Virus record (IMG/VR): IMGVR_UViG_3300042197_004429
Location: 113,313-177,312 of that record
Length of the DNA: 64,000 nucleotides
Reading direction: 5' to 3' (one strand)
Origin: a virus
Position 1 is the first letter of the stretch; every line of letters starts with the position of its first letter. The notes below the pieces were generated by a model. That model was not told the origin of the DNA, ran no database searches, and saw nothing but the letters and a program-made list of their open reading frames with translations. The position numbers were made by a program, and so were the translations under genes. Positions 1-9,148 of the stretch are shown in pieces.

Positions 1-1
1 G

Positions 2-730
2 TTAAATTTTCAAGTTGTAAAAACCAAAACAAGTATTGACACCTCGTCTCCAAGATATTGGAAAGTCTGTTCTAAGGTATCAGATATTTCTAAAAATATT
101 CAATTTTTAAAAGAGGATAATATAATTTTTGTAGACTCCGATATTTTTTTTGTTAAACCTATTTTGCCTTTATCGTATGAAGATCACCTCGTTGATAAAT
201 TTTGTTGCTTACCTTACAACACCGGATTTTTTTATTTTAATCATAAATTAGAAAAAAATCAAAAAGTGCTTGAAATTTGGAACGAGACAATAGTTGAAGC
301 TTTAAAAAATGAAAACTTTTATGAAGAACTTCACAAAGTGATACCATATTATCCTTCTAAGAGTTTACATGATGAAATTTGTATGCATTATTTGTTTAAA
401 CAAAAAAAGATAAATAATATAAAAAAATTAGATTTTGATGAAAGTTTTATATTTTCACAAGAACATATTTTTCTTGCAAACTACGGTAAATTTGATAATT
501 TTGAGTTAATATTTAAAAAAATAAAATTTATACACGCTATTACCGCTTTTAATGGCAATAAAAGAGGAATTTTATGTTTATTGATTAAGGAGATAAATGA
601 TTTGATCAATAAATCTTTAAACAAGCGTTTGATCAAAAAAATATTTAGACACGAAATGCCCTTACCTTCTTATTGTATGTCGTCTATAATGAGAATGACA
701 AACAAGCAATTTAATTGTCTACTTAATTAA
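2..730 (+). CDS. GT-A fold glycosyltransferase / nucleotide-diphospho-sugar transferase-like protein, 5'-truncated by the window
   Basis: The frame of ORF 164..730 is open back to position 2. It adds IIFVDSDIFF (DxD motif) upstream of YNTGFFYFN, HDEICMHY and IHA, a layout typical of GT-A enzymes. Confidence 0.6.
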   Translation, partial: LNFQVVKTKTSIDTSSPRYWKVCSKVSDISKNIQFLKEDNIIFVDSDIFFVKPILPLSYEDHLVDKFCCLPYNTGFFYFNHKLEKNQKVLEIWNETIVEALKNENFYEELHKVIPYYPSKSLHDEICMHYLFKQKKINNIKKLDFDESFIFSQEHIFLANYGKFDNFELIFKKIKFIHAITAFNGNKRGILCLLIKEINDLINKSLNKRLIKKIFRHEMPLPSYCMSSIMRMTNKQFNCLLN

Positions 731-2262
731 TCATCTAAAGGAATTGAAATTAATTCTATTTCCTTATCCTTAAAATCCGACAGGGCATCGTTATAGGTGT
801 TACATATAGGTTTTCCCGGACCATTTAAACTTGTATTTATTAAGCACTCGCTCCCGGTCATTTTTCCATATTCGACAAGTAATTCATGTAACCAAGGATC
901 TTTATTTTTATTCACAACCTGAGGTCTGCTGCTGTTGTCTTTGTGTACTATGGCCGGACACTCGGTTTGTGCTGCAAGGGTGCATTCACACTTGAATTGC
1001 ATGTATTCTCCCTTTGGTCCAATAAAGTATCGATCAAAACTCTCTTCTGTGACCATCGGAGCAAGTGGGCGATAATATTCTCTTCCTTTTAGATCTTGTG
1101 AAACACGTTTCAAATTTTGGTATTTACTAGCGTTTGCCAAAATGGATCTAAATCCTAAAGCCCTAGGCCCGCACTCAGCTTTTCCACGAAGTAAGCCGAC
1201 CACTTTATCTTGCGCAATTAATTTTGCTATTTCTTTTGGCTCTTGAACCCCAGTTTTCGGCAAAGGCTCTTGAAGATACATAATTGAAGGAGTGTTCAAA
1301 GCTGGTGGCCATCTTCCTTTATCTAGAAAATAACCATAGCACGCTGCACCTAAAGCCAATCCGCTATCATTCACAGGCGGTCCAAAAACAAAGTCTTTTG
1401 TAAGATTTGATATATTTGTATTTAATTCAAGTGCCAAACATGTTCCGCCACCAACTACTATGCCTAATTCTTTGTTGGGTGTAAAATTTTGTAAGTTTAT
1501 TAGAATTTTTTCCCAAGTAAAATCCATCCATAATTTATATAATTTAGCCGATAATATCATGTCATTTTTACTAATATTTTTATTTTTATTGAAATTAGGA
1601 ACATCTAAGGGCCAAACTTTTTCAAAAATTGAGTAAATCAAACTTGAAACCTCACTGTTTTTAAATGAACCTAAATCTTCATTTAAAAACCCAACGAGAC
1701 CCATTGTTTTTCCAGCAGTGTCTCCTCCCAACAAATTTCCAACAATCCCGCTTGTTGGTATCTTTGGTTCTAGAACTTTTAAAGAAAAACCATCTTCACC
1801 AATAAATCCCCCCAAACAAGAAGATGTCTCCCCATTTGCTGTTGATCCAGACCCATCATAGGCCATACAAAATCTTGTGTCATCATTTTCTCTAAATGAC
1901 CAAGAACTCAAAATATGACATAAATGATGGTTTATGCAAAAATTTGGAAAATAATCACTCGGCAGATGGGAGCCTATACTCGTATCCGACCACTTTGTTG
2001 CTATTATTGGATTAATCCAATAATTTATTGGGTTTGGGTTATTAAAAAAAGAAGGAAGACAAATGATGTCTTTTTTTTGAGGTTTTGGTAAAAATTTTAA
2101 AATGGGATTAATGTTATTGTAATACTTTTGTTTACTAAACCGAGATACTTCGGCATAGAACTCTAGTTCGCCATTTTCATTCAAAACAACTGCCCCGAGG
2201 TCGTGGTTATAGGGATTTATACCAAAATATTTTTTTGTCATAATTAAAATCTCAATAAACAA
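727..2262 (-). CDS. Carbamoyltransferase, NodU/CmcH/TobZ family (copy 1)
   Basis: Motifs NHD, HHLCH, DGSG, GKTMGL, PPVNDSGLALGAA, ECGPRALGFRSILA, KGREYYRPLAP, PAIVHKDNSSRPQ and LINTSLNGPGKPIC. Confidence 0.92.
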   Translation of the reverse strand: MFIEILIMTKKYFGINPYNHDLGAVVLNENGELEFYAEVSRFSKQKYYNNINPILKFLPKPQKKDIICLPSFFNNPNPINYWINPIIATKWSDTSIGSHLPSDYFPNFCINHHLCHILSSWSFRENDDTRFCMAYDGSGSTANGETSSCLGGFIGEDGFSLKVLEPKIPTSGIVGNLLGGDTAGKTMGLVGFLNEDLGSFKNSEVSSLIYSIFEKVWPLDVPNFNKNKNISKNDMILSAKLYKLWMDFTWEKILINLQNFTPNKELGIVVGGGTCLALELNTNISNLTKDFVFGPPVNDSGLALGAACYGYFLDKGRWPPALNTPSIMYLQEPLPKTGVQEPKEIAKLIAQDKVVGLLRGKAECGPRALGFRSILANASKYQNLKRVSQDLKGREYYRPLAPMVTEESFDRYFIGPKGEYMQFKCECTLAAQTECPAIVHKDNSSRPQVVNKNKDPWLHELLVEYGKMTGSECLINTSLNGPGKPICNTYNDALSDFKDKEIELISIPLDD

Positions 2263-2285
2263 ATTTATAAATTATATATAATCTT

Positions 2286-3350
2286 ATGGCTATAATTAAA
2301 TCTTTTTGTAATCTTCCTTGGACCAGAATGAAGATTCACTACAATGGTGATGTTTCTATGTGTTGTCATCAATCTTATTTTAGATTGGGAAATATATTAG
2401 AAGAAGATTGGGATAAAATATGGTTTGGTTCAAAAGCAAAAGAAATTAGAGAAACAACTTTGAAAAATCAACTACATGATAATTGTAAAAAACCTGAGTG
2501 TCCTTTCTTCAACGCAGACTTAAACAAAACACGGTTATTCGACATAAACGATAACGAATACCCATCAGAAATAGAATTTGATCTTCATGCTTCTCATTGT
2601 AATTTTGGAGGTAAAAAAGCTGATCCTGAAAATACATGTATTATGTGTCCCAGATCCTATCCGGAGGTCGCTCAATCTCTAGGCTTAATAAAAGATAATG
2701 CAAATATTATAGTTGAAAAAATTAAACCCATTTTACCGCATATCAATAGTTTGGCTGTCATGGGATTGGCAGAAATTTTTTGGCAAAACAAAATATTTGA
2801 AATTTTTGATTTGTTGTCTTTTAAAGATTATAATAATAAAATTTCTTTTTGGGCCAATACGAATGGATCAGTATTTGACCAAAAATCCGCAGAAAAATTT
2901 TCTGATTATGTTCGAAAAAGTGTTATTTGTTTTTCAATTGACGCCTCTAACAAAGAAACTTATCTTAAGATAAGAAAAAATAATGTTTTTGATAAAGTAA
3001 TAAGTAATCTTAAAAACTGGAATAAAATTAGAAAAAATTTAAACAAACTAGGAGACGACCATCAACTTTCTATTTACAATAATATAAATCTACTAAATGT
3101 AAATGAAGTCTCTGACATGGTGGTAATGGCCAAGGAACTTGAAGTCGATGCAATTTATTTAACTCTTACCCATAATGTTGGTAATTTGCAAAATTTGAAT
3201 ACTCTTGTAATCAATAGTAAGAATTGGCGAATTTTCAGTGAAGCCGAGGAACGGGCAAGAAAAATTGGCGAACAGTTGAATTTCAAAGTTCACATTTGCA
3301 GACCTTTCGATGCAGGTTTTTCACAAAAACTTTATAATATAAGTTTTTAA
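2286..3350 (+). CDS. Radical SAM protein with N-terminal SPASM/twitch-like domain (copy 1)
   Basis: N-terminal FCNLPW..GDVSMCC..LGNI..IWFG..C..C (SPASM-like). Then CNFGGKKADPENTCIMC, GLAEIF, NTNGS and FSIDASNKETYLKIR, typical of the radical SAM core. Confidence 0.8.
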   Translation: MAIIKSFCNLPWTRMKIHYNGDVSMCCHQSYFRLGNILEEDWDKIWFGSKAKEIRETTLKNQLHDNCKKPECPFFNADLNKTRLFDINDNEYPSEIEFDLHASHCNFGGKKADPENTCIMCPRSYPEVAQSLGLIKDNANIIVEKIKPILPHINSLAVMGLAEIFWQNKIFEIFDLLSFKDYNNKISFWANTNGSVFDQKSAEKFSDYVRKSVICFSIDASNKETYLKIRKNNVFDKVISNLKNWNKIRKNLNKLGDDHQLSIYNNINLLNVNEVSDMVVMAKELEVDAIYLTLTHNVGNLQNLNTLVINSKNWRIFSEAEERARKIGEQLNFKVHICRPFDAGFSQKLYNISF

Positions 3351-4885
3351 TAGACTCTACTATTGAAATTTTTACAGAATTTACTGGCTTGTTCAGGTAT
3401 TGAGATTAAATCTAATTCTTTTCCATCCATATCGCTCACAGCATGCTCATAAGTATTACAAATAGGTTTTCCTGCTCTATTTAATGATGTGTTTATGAAA
3501 CATTGATGACCTGTAATTTTCCCATACTCTGTGAGAATTTCATGTAACCAAGGATCTTTTTCTTTGTAAACAACTTGCGGCCTTGAAGATAGATCACGAT
3601 GCACAATTGCAGGCAAATGTTCTTGACATTCTTTTGTACATTCACACCGATACTGCATGTATTCTCCCTTCGGTCCAATAAAGTATTTGTTAAACTCTTC
3701 ATTTGTTACTATGGGTGCAACGGGCCTATAGAACTCTCGTCCTTTTATCGTCTCAGAAACTATTTTTAAATTTTCGTATTTTGTTGCCGATGCAAAAATT
3801 GAACGAAAACCCAAAGCACGAGGCCCAGCCTCGCTTTTTCCACGAAGTAATCCCACCACTTTATCTTGCGCAATTAATTTTGCTATTTCTTTTGGCTCTT
3901 GTGGGCCTTTTTGAGGCAAAGATTTATGAATATCATTAATTGCTGGCGTGCTTATCTTATTGGGCCAACTTTTATTCGCATGAAAATAACCAAAGACAGC
4001 CGCCCCCAAACACAACCCGGTATCATTTATTGGTGGGCAAAAAACCACATCATCTGTGTATTTGGTAACCCTGGTGTTTAATTCTAAAGCGAGTGCTGTT
4101 CCTCCGCTTAATACAATTCCACGATTTTGTTTGTATTTTTCAATATTTTGTTTTAATTTTTCCCAAATTTCTTCAATAATAAATTTATAAAAACCTGATA
4201 TGAATTCCAAATCTGATTGGGATGGGTTATTAAAATGAGGAAAACATGGATCAAAATTATAATAATTCATTGTAGAATTTATTAACTTTAAAAAGTTTTC
4301 TTTGTTAAATTCTAATTTGTTTGGAATAAAACCCGACAGTCCCATTGCTTTTCCAGGTGTGTTGACTCCAAGCAAGTGAGACACGGGTATACTTGTTGGA
4401 ATTGCTATTGATTCGTCAAATTTTTTGAATTCATTTTGATTTATTAATCCTACCAAAGAAGATTTTAAAGGTTTTGAAAAATCTGCCGTTGGCCCACAGC
4501 CGTCAAAAGATATAAATAGTCTTTCGTTATCATTGGGTCTATAAAGCCAAGATGCAAAAGTATGTGCTAAATGATGATCTAAAACAAAATGCAAGCTATT
4601 TCTACCATGTCCACCAAAAGGATTAGATTTTAATTGTCTAACCAACGTTTCATCGTATCCATCCACAGTAAAAGATTCTTCAAGTGCATAAGTCGATGTA
4701 AAAATATATTCTTCGTTAATATCCAGAAGATGCGGGAAAGAGGCTAAAATTGGTCCAATGTTATTTGCCATGCATTTAAATCTTGGTTCATATCTTTCAC
4801 TTTGTGCATAAAATTCTAAATCTCCATTTTCATCAATTATTGCAATTGATGAATCGTGACCCATATGATAGCCTACATATTTCAT
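3347..4885 (-). CDS. Carbamoyltransferase, NodU/CmcH/TobZ family (copy 2)
   Basis: Motifs GHDSS, HHLAH, DGCG, GKAMGL, PPINDTGLCLGAA, EAGPRALGFRSI, KGREFYRPVAP and INTSLNRAGKPIC. Clear paralog of 727..2262. Confidence 0.92.
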   Translation of the reverse strand: MKYVGYHMGHDSSIAIIDENGDLEFYAQSERYEPRFKCMANNIGPILASFPHLLDINEEYIFTSTYALEESFTVDGYDETLVRQLKSNPFGGHGRNSLHFVLDHHLAHTFASWLYRPNDNERLFISFDGCGPTADFSKPLKSSLVGLINQNEFKKFDESIAIPTSIPVSHLLGVNTPGKAMGLSGFIPNKLEFNKENFLKLINSTMNYYNFDPCFPHFNNPSQSDLEFISGFYKFIIEEIWEKLKQNIEKYKQNRGIVLSGGTALALELNTRVTKYTDDVVFCPPINDTGLCLGAAVFGYFHANKSWPNKISTPAINDIHKSLPQKGPQEPKEIAKLIAQDKVVGLLRGKSEAGPRALGFRSIFASATKYENLKIVSETIKGREFYRPVAPIVTNEEFNKYFIGPKGEYMQYRCECTKECQEHLPAIVHRDLSSRPQVVYKEKDPWLHEILTEYGKITGHQCFINTSLNRAGKPICNTYEHAVSDMDGKELDLISIPEQASKFCKNFNSRVY

Positions 4886-4960
4886 TTTTGCCTCACAAAT
4901 CTTATATTTTATAAATGATTTTGAGTTTATTTTTTAATTGCACGTTATAATAAATAAAAT

Positions 4961-6082
4961 ATGTTAAAAACGTCCCACACAATCGAGTCTTTTTGTTCTT
5001 ATCCTTTCACCAGACTAAAGTTTACTCCAGAGGGCGATGTTACCATGTGTTGTTTTCAAACTAGAAAGTGTTTGGGCAATATATTAGAAAAATCTCTTGA
5101 GCAAATTTGGTTTAGCGATTTGGCTAAAAAAATCAGATCAGAGACCGAGAAAGGCCGTCTTCATCGATTATGTGCCAACAATGTTTGTCCATTTTTTTAC
5201 GACACAGACAAAAAAAACTTTGAATTTAATGCTTGTTCGTATCCCATCGAGTTTGAAATTGATCTTCCTACACAACATTGCAATATTGGCGGTGAAAATC
5301 CTAGCGCTAAAAATCCTGCTTGTATAATGTGCGAAAGAAATATGCCTTCATTCAAGCATCAAAAAGATTATTTAAATGAAATATGTAAAAAATTAAAGCC
5401 ATATACAAGATATTTAAAAGCATTACATATACAAGGAATTGCTGAGTCTTTTTGGAAAGATAGAATTTTTGAAATTATAAATATTCTCGGTGTTGAAACT
5501 TATAAAAGAAAAATTCGTATTTCAACAACAACAAATGGAACTCTTATGAGCGAAAAAAGATCAAAAAGGTTTTTAGACTTTCCTCTTTCAACTATAGTGT
5601 GGTCTTTAGATGCATCTACTCCAGAAACTTATAAAAAAATAAGACAAGTAGACATGTATAATAAAATAATTGAAAATCTCAAATTCTACGCAAAAGAAAG
5701 AGATCCTTGCAATCAATTTTTGCATATTCACAATACTATAAACACCATTAATTTAGATGAAGTTGTTGGCATGGTAGAGATTGCTGCTGAAGTCGGAGTT
5801 AATTGCTTAGAATTTAATGCTACTTATGGTGGTCTTGATATTTGTGTAAACAAAAATAATTTTCTTTTATTTAAAGATGCTCAAAATAAAATTATAGAAA
5901 TTTCTCAAAAACTTGGAGTTTATACAATTTTTATGCGTGATTTATACTTGGATTTTGATTCTAATATTGAAAATAATCTTATTCAACTACAGGTTACAAA
6001 AAAAGATGATAATCAAAGCCTTCCAGATTATTTAAAACCAATAGATATTAATTTGTCACCAGACGGACAACTATTTGATTAA
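4961..6082 (+). CDS. Radical SAM protein with N-terminal SPASM/twitch-like domain (copy 2)
   Basis: FCSYPF..GDVTMCC..LGNI..IWFS..C..CPF, then CNIGGENPSAKNPACIMC, TTNGT and SLDASTPETYKKIR. Paralog of 2286..3350. Confidence 0.8.
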   Translation: MLKTSHTIESFCSYPFTRLKFTPEGDVTMCCFQTRKCLGNILEKSLEQIWFSDLAKKIRSETEKGRLHRLCANNVCPFFYDTDKKNFEFNACSYPIEFEIDLPTQHCNIGGENPSAKNPACIMCERNMPSFKHQKDYLNEICKKLKPYTRYLKALHIQGIAESFWKDRIFEIINILGVETYKRKIRISTTTNGTLMSEKRSKRFLDFPLSTIVWSLDASTPETYKKIRQVDMYNKIIENLKFYAKERDPCNQFLHIHNTINTINLDEVVGMVEIAAEVGVNCLEFNATYGGLDICVNKNNFLLFKDAQNKIIEISQKLGVYTIFMRDLYLDFDSNIENNLIQLQVTKKDDNQSLPDYLKPIDINLSPDGQLFD

Positions 6083-6122
6083 CAATAGTAAATATAAGCA
6101 GGACATAATTAAAGGAGGATTT

Positions 6123-6371
6123 ATGTTTTATATACTTGGTTGGTTATTTTATGGTCTTTTAGTAGGCTTAATCGCAAAAGCATTTCATCCCGGAGATGAA
6201 GCAAAAGGTTTTCTTCCAACAATTGGAATAGGTATAGCTGGCAGCTATGTTGGTGGATTAATCAATTATTTAATAGGCGCAGGTGGTAGCCCAATTTCGC
6301 CATCAGGTTTTTTGATGGGAATAGTTGGCGGCGTTTTGTTTTGTTGGATCTATAAAAAATATTTAGCCTAA
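6123..6371 (+). CDS. GlsB/YeaQ/YmgE family (transglycosylase-associated) stress-response membrane protein
   Basis: GWLFYGLLVGLIAKA..PG....G...TIGIGIAGSYVGG pattern. AGGAGG ribosome-binding site precedes ATG 6123, so the track start at 6075 is probably too early. Confidence 0.85.
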   Translation: MFYILGWLFYGLLVGLIAKAFHPGDEAKGFLPTIGIGIAGSYVGGLINYLIGAGGSPISPSGFLMGIVGGVLFCWIYKKYLA

Positions 6372-6402
6372 ATTGTTTGGGGGCTTTTTGCCCCCAAACA
6401 AT
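6372..6402. terminator. Rho-independent terminator hairpin
   Basis: Perfect 13-bp stem ATTGTTTGGGGGC / GCCCCCAAACAAT with a T5 loop, directly after the stop codon. Confidence 0.75.
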
Positions 6403-6419
6403 CTTTTGCAACGGAGGGA

Positions 6420-6750
6420 ACCGTGCAAAAATTTTGCTTTTCAATCAAGCCATACACTCAAGGAAGTTTGTGGTTTTTTGACGATTTAAAAAATGGACTT
6501 GTCAAAGAACCCCTGACCGATGGTGTGCCACAGGTCATAACTAGGGCTTGCCAAAAAAAAATCATTAAATCAAAATATCCAAATACATTTTTCAAATTTT
6601 GAATTTAGTGAATTTGTTCTTGATTTTCGAAAGCCACTTAGAAACGGAAATGTTTACCACTGGAAAAAAGAAGGTTTAACGTGTTGGTTTTGCCCAGCAT
6701 TATTTAAATATTTTGTTGTTGCTCCTAAAAAATCTGGTTTTTTCTAAACC
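6420..6750 (+). pseudogene. Frameshifted DUF6717-like gene (pseudogene or homopolymer sequencing error)
   Basis: One frame reads SIKPYTQGSLWFFDDLKNGLVKEP and another reads GNVYHWKKEGLTCWFCPALFKYFVVAPK. Both resemble, from memory, halves of one small conserved family. The frame change falls downstream of an A9 run at ~6553. Confidence 0.5.
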
Positions 6751-6810
6751 AAACAAAAAACTAAAATCAAAATCAGATTTGCTGATTATATTATATTTTG
6801 GTATATTCCG

Positions 6811-6868
6811 GCCCGGTGGTGTGTACGATCTGGTTCAACTCCAGCCTCACATCATCGGGCTTTTTTTT
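6811..6868 (+). ncRNA. Structured element: 13-bp stem enclosing a tRNA-like T-arm, followed by U8
   Basis: GCCCGGTGGTGTG pairs with CACATCATCGGGC (2 G-U pairs). The stem encloses CTGG-TTCAACT-CCAG, and T8 follows 10 nt before ATG 6878. Confidence 0.45.
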
Positions 6869-6877
6869 GGAGATTTT

Positions 6878-8629
6878 ATGGAAAACCAACAAGATGTACA
6901 GGCACACATTGAAAGAGAAGTTCAAAGAAAAACAAGTAGGCTTCTCATACAACACAATGAAGAAATTTCTGAACTAAAAAAAATTATTGAACAGTGCAAA
7001 TCGGATTTGGTTCGTCAACATAACATAATATCCAAATTATCGTCCGAGCCTCTTGTTTATGGCTATTTACTTAAAGTCCACAAGTTAGTGGACCCTGCTT
7101 GTTTTAAAAATAATGATGAAATTATTGTCGTTGATGAAAATAGTCCTCATTTTCAAAAAGGTGGCAAAGTTATTCTTTCTTCAAGTTGGGATAGCGTTGT
7201 TGATCCGGACGGTAGTGTTTTAGTTAGATTATTGGACAACACAGAGGAAAGATTTTTTATAGGTTCAAAACAAGGCCAACCTGCACAAATTCGTTTAACA
7301 CAAAAAGCCGATGGAACATATGCCGTTGTGCAAATTGATGGCAAGCCGTGGGAGATACAAGGCTTGCCTTTTTTAGATCTTTGCGTAGGCGACTCAGTAA
7401 AAGTAAAACCTGACAACAAAGCCATAGTTGATAAAGCAGAGGATTTGCCCGCTGGTCCAATTTGCGTTGTGTCAACCGTTTTAGATCAAAATATAGAAGT
7501 TTTATACAAGGGCGATAAATTTTTAGTTTTCAATCCTAAAAACTTTACTTTAGAAGAGGGCGATAGAGTCCTAACCGACTATAATCTCTTTTCTGTTACA
7601 AAAAAACTCGAAAAAGAAAATCATTCTAAATATAAAATTTCAGAAGATTTGAATGTGAGTTGGGACGATGTTGGTGGGTTAGAAGTTGCAAAACAAGAAT
7701 TAAAGAGTGCTTTAGAGTTTCCTTTTCTTTATCCTGATCTCTTTAAGCATTACAACATGGAAGGTTTGCGAGGAGTATTATTATACGGTCCTCCAGGTTG
7801 TGGTAAGACTCTTCTCGCAAGAGTTTGTGCTCATTCGATTGCAAAAACTCACGGAAAACAAGCAATAGACTCAGCGTACATTTATGTGAAATCACCAGAA
7901 ATTTTAGATAAATGGGTCGGCAATACCGAAAGAGAAATTCGTGAATTGTTTGAACGTGGCAGAAGGCATTATCGTGAACATGGCTATAAGGCTATTCTTG
8001 CAATTGATGAAGCGGATGCAATTATGCCTCAGCGTGGCACACGCAGAAGTAGCGACATAGCCGATACTATAGTGCCAATGTTTTTAGGAGAAATGGACGG
8101 CATTGATAGCGTTCAAACAAAAGAGAATCCAATTGTCGTTTTGATGACTAATCGTGCCGATGTGTTGGACCCCGCTATTACTCGTCCGGGAAGAATTAGC
8201 CGTCATATCAAAATTGATAGACCAAACGAGATTACATCAATTGATATATTAAAAATTCACTCCGTTGAAGTTCCTTTTTCCAAAGAAGAAGAGAAAGAAG
8301 CGATCCTGACCATAACAACAGCCGACGTTTTTTCTAAAAATCATATCTTGTATAGAGTTAACAATGAACATGATTTTACACTTGGAAATTGTGTTAACGG
8401 AGCCATGTTGTCGAATATTTTAGAAATCGCTAAAATGAATGCGTTGCATAGAGATATTGAAAACAACACAACTACCGGCGTGGATTTAGAAGACTTTCGC
8501 TTGGCGGTTAAAAAAGTTTATCGTCAACAAAGAGGATTAAATCACTCCTATGACTTACAAGACTTTGCTGAAAGTTTAGGAATTCAACATCAAAACATGC
8601 AAATTGAACGTTGCTTTGGATCTTTTTAA
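6878..8629 (+). CDS. ARC/Mpa-like proteasome-associated AAA+ ATPase
   Basis: N-terminal coiled coil plus OB-like interdomain. Core motifs SWDDVGGL, GVLLYGPPGCGKTLLAR, KSPEILDKWVGNTEREIR, IDEADA, FLGEMDG and MTNRADVLDPAITRPGR. GGAG precedes ATG 6878. Confidence 0.75.
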   Translation: MENQQDVQAHIEREVQRKTSRLLIQHNEEISELKKIIEQCKSDLVRQHNIISKLSSEPLVYGYLLKVHKLVDPACFKNNDEIIVVDENSPHFQKGGKVILSSSWDSVVDPDGSVLVRLLDNTEERFFIGSKQGQPAQIRLTQKADGTYAVVQIDGKPWEIQGLPFLDLCVGDSVKVKPDNKAIVDKAEDLPAGPICVVSTVLDQNIEVLYKGDKFLVFNPKNFTLEEGDRVLTDYNLFSVTKKLEKENHSKYKISEDLNVSWDDVGGLEVAKQELKSALEFPFLYPDLFKHYNMEGLRGVLLYGPPGCGKTLLARVCAHSIAKTHGKQAIDSAYIYVKSPEILDKWVGNTEREIRELFERGRRHYREHGYKAILAIDEADAIMPQRGTRRSSDIADTIVPMFLGEMDGIDSVQTKENPIVVLMTNRADVLDPAITRPGRISRHIKIDRPNEITSIDILKIHSVEVPFSKEEEKEAILTITTADVFSKNHILYRVNNEHDFTLGNCVNGAMLSNILEIAKMNALHRDIENNTTTGVDLEDFRLAVKKVYRQQRGLNHSYDLQDFAESLGIQHQNMQIERCFGSF

Positions 8630-8647
8630 CAAGGAAAAATAAAAATT

Positions 8648-9148
8648 ATGGACGCTTTAACATCTAAATTTAACATTTACGATATTGAAACTTTGATAGA
8701 GGCTATGGGCGACTGGGAAATGATGGGCAACCATGATTTTCATGTGTTACAAATGATAAAAAATGCACCCATGCCACCAGAAGACTCAGAGGCTTTTGAT
8801 GTTATGAATCAAATAAAAGAAGTTTTTCGTTCAAGAGAAAAAGATATTTTAGCTGGAAGAGCTATGAGGCAAGAAAAGGCAATATTTCTTAAAGCCAAAC
8901 TGCTAATGGTTCGCAGCAAACTTACGAGCGGTCAACTTTTTGACATGGGCGAAAATAGTGATGTTGCGAATCAAATAAACACGAAAGAATCAGCAAAGGC
9001 AATTGTCAAAAAGAATTTAGAAAAATCAAACTTAGAAAAGAAACTTGAACTAGCCGAATATTTCATAAAAGATCTTGGGGTTTGGGATCATTTTCAAAAG
9101 TTTCTATCGGATAGTGCGGGGGCTTTAGATAAAAACAAGACTAAATGA
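8648..9148 (+). CDS. Hypothetical protein
   Basis: 166-aa ORF with AAGGA upstream, co-oriented and tightly packed. Confidence 0.7.
   Translation: MDALTSKFNIYDIETLIEAMGDWEMMGNHDFHVLQMIKNAPMPPEDSEAFDVMNQIKEVFRSREKDILAGRAMRQEKAIFLKAKLLMVRSKLTSGQLFDMGENSDVANQINTKESAKAIVKKNLEKSNLEKKLELAEYFIKDLGVWDHFQKFLSDSAGALDKNKTK

Noticed and set aside
6713-6877. N-terminal 55 aa of the ORF-track version of the AAA ATPase
   Set aside because: It overlaps the frameshifted upstream gene and the structured element. A good RBS precedes ATG 6878.
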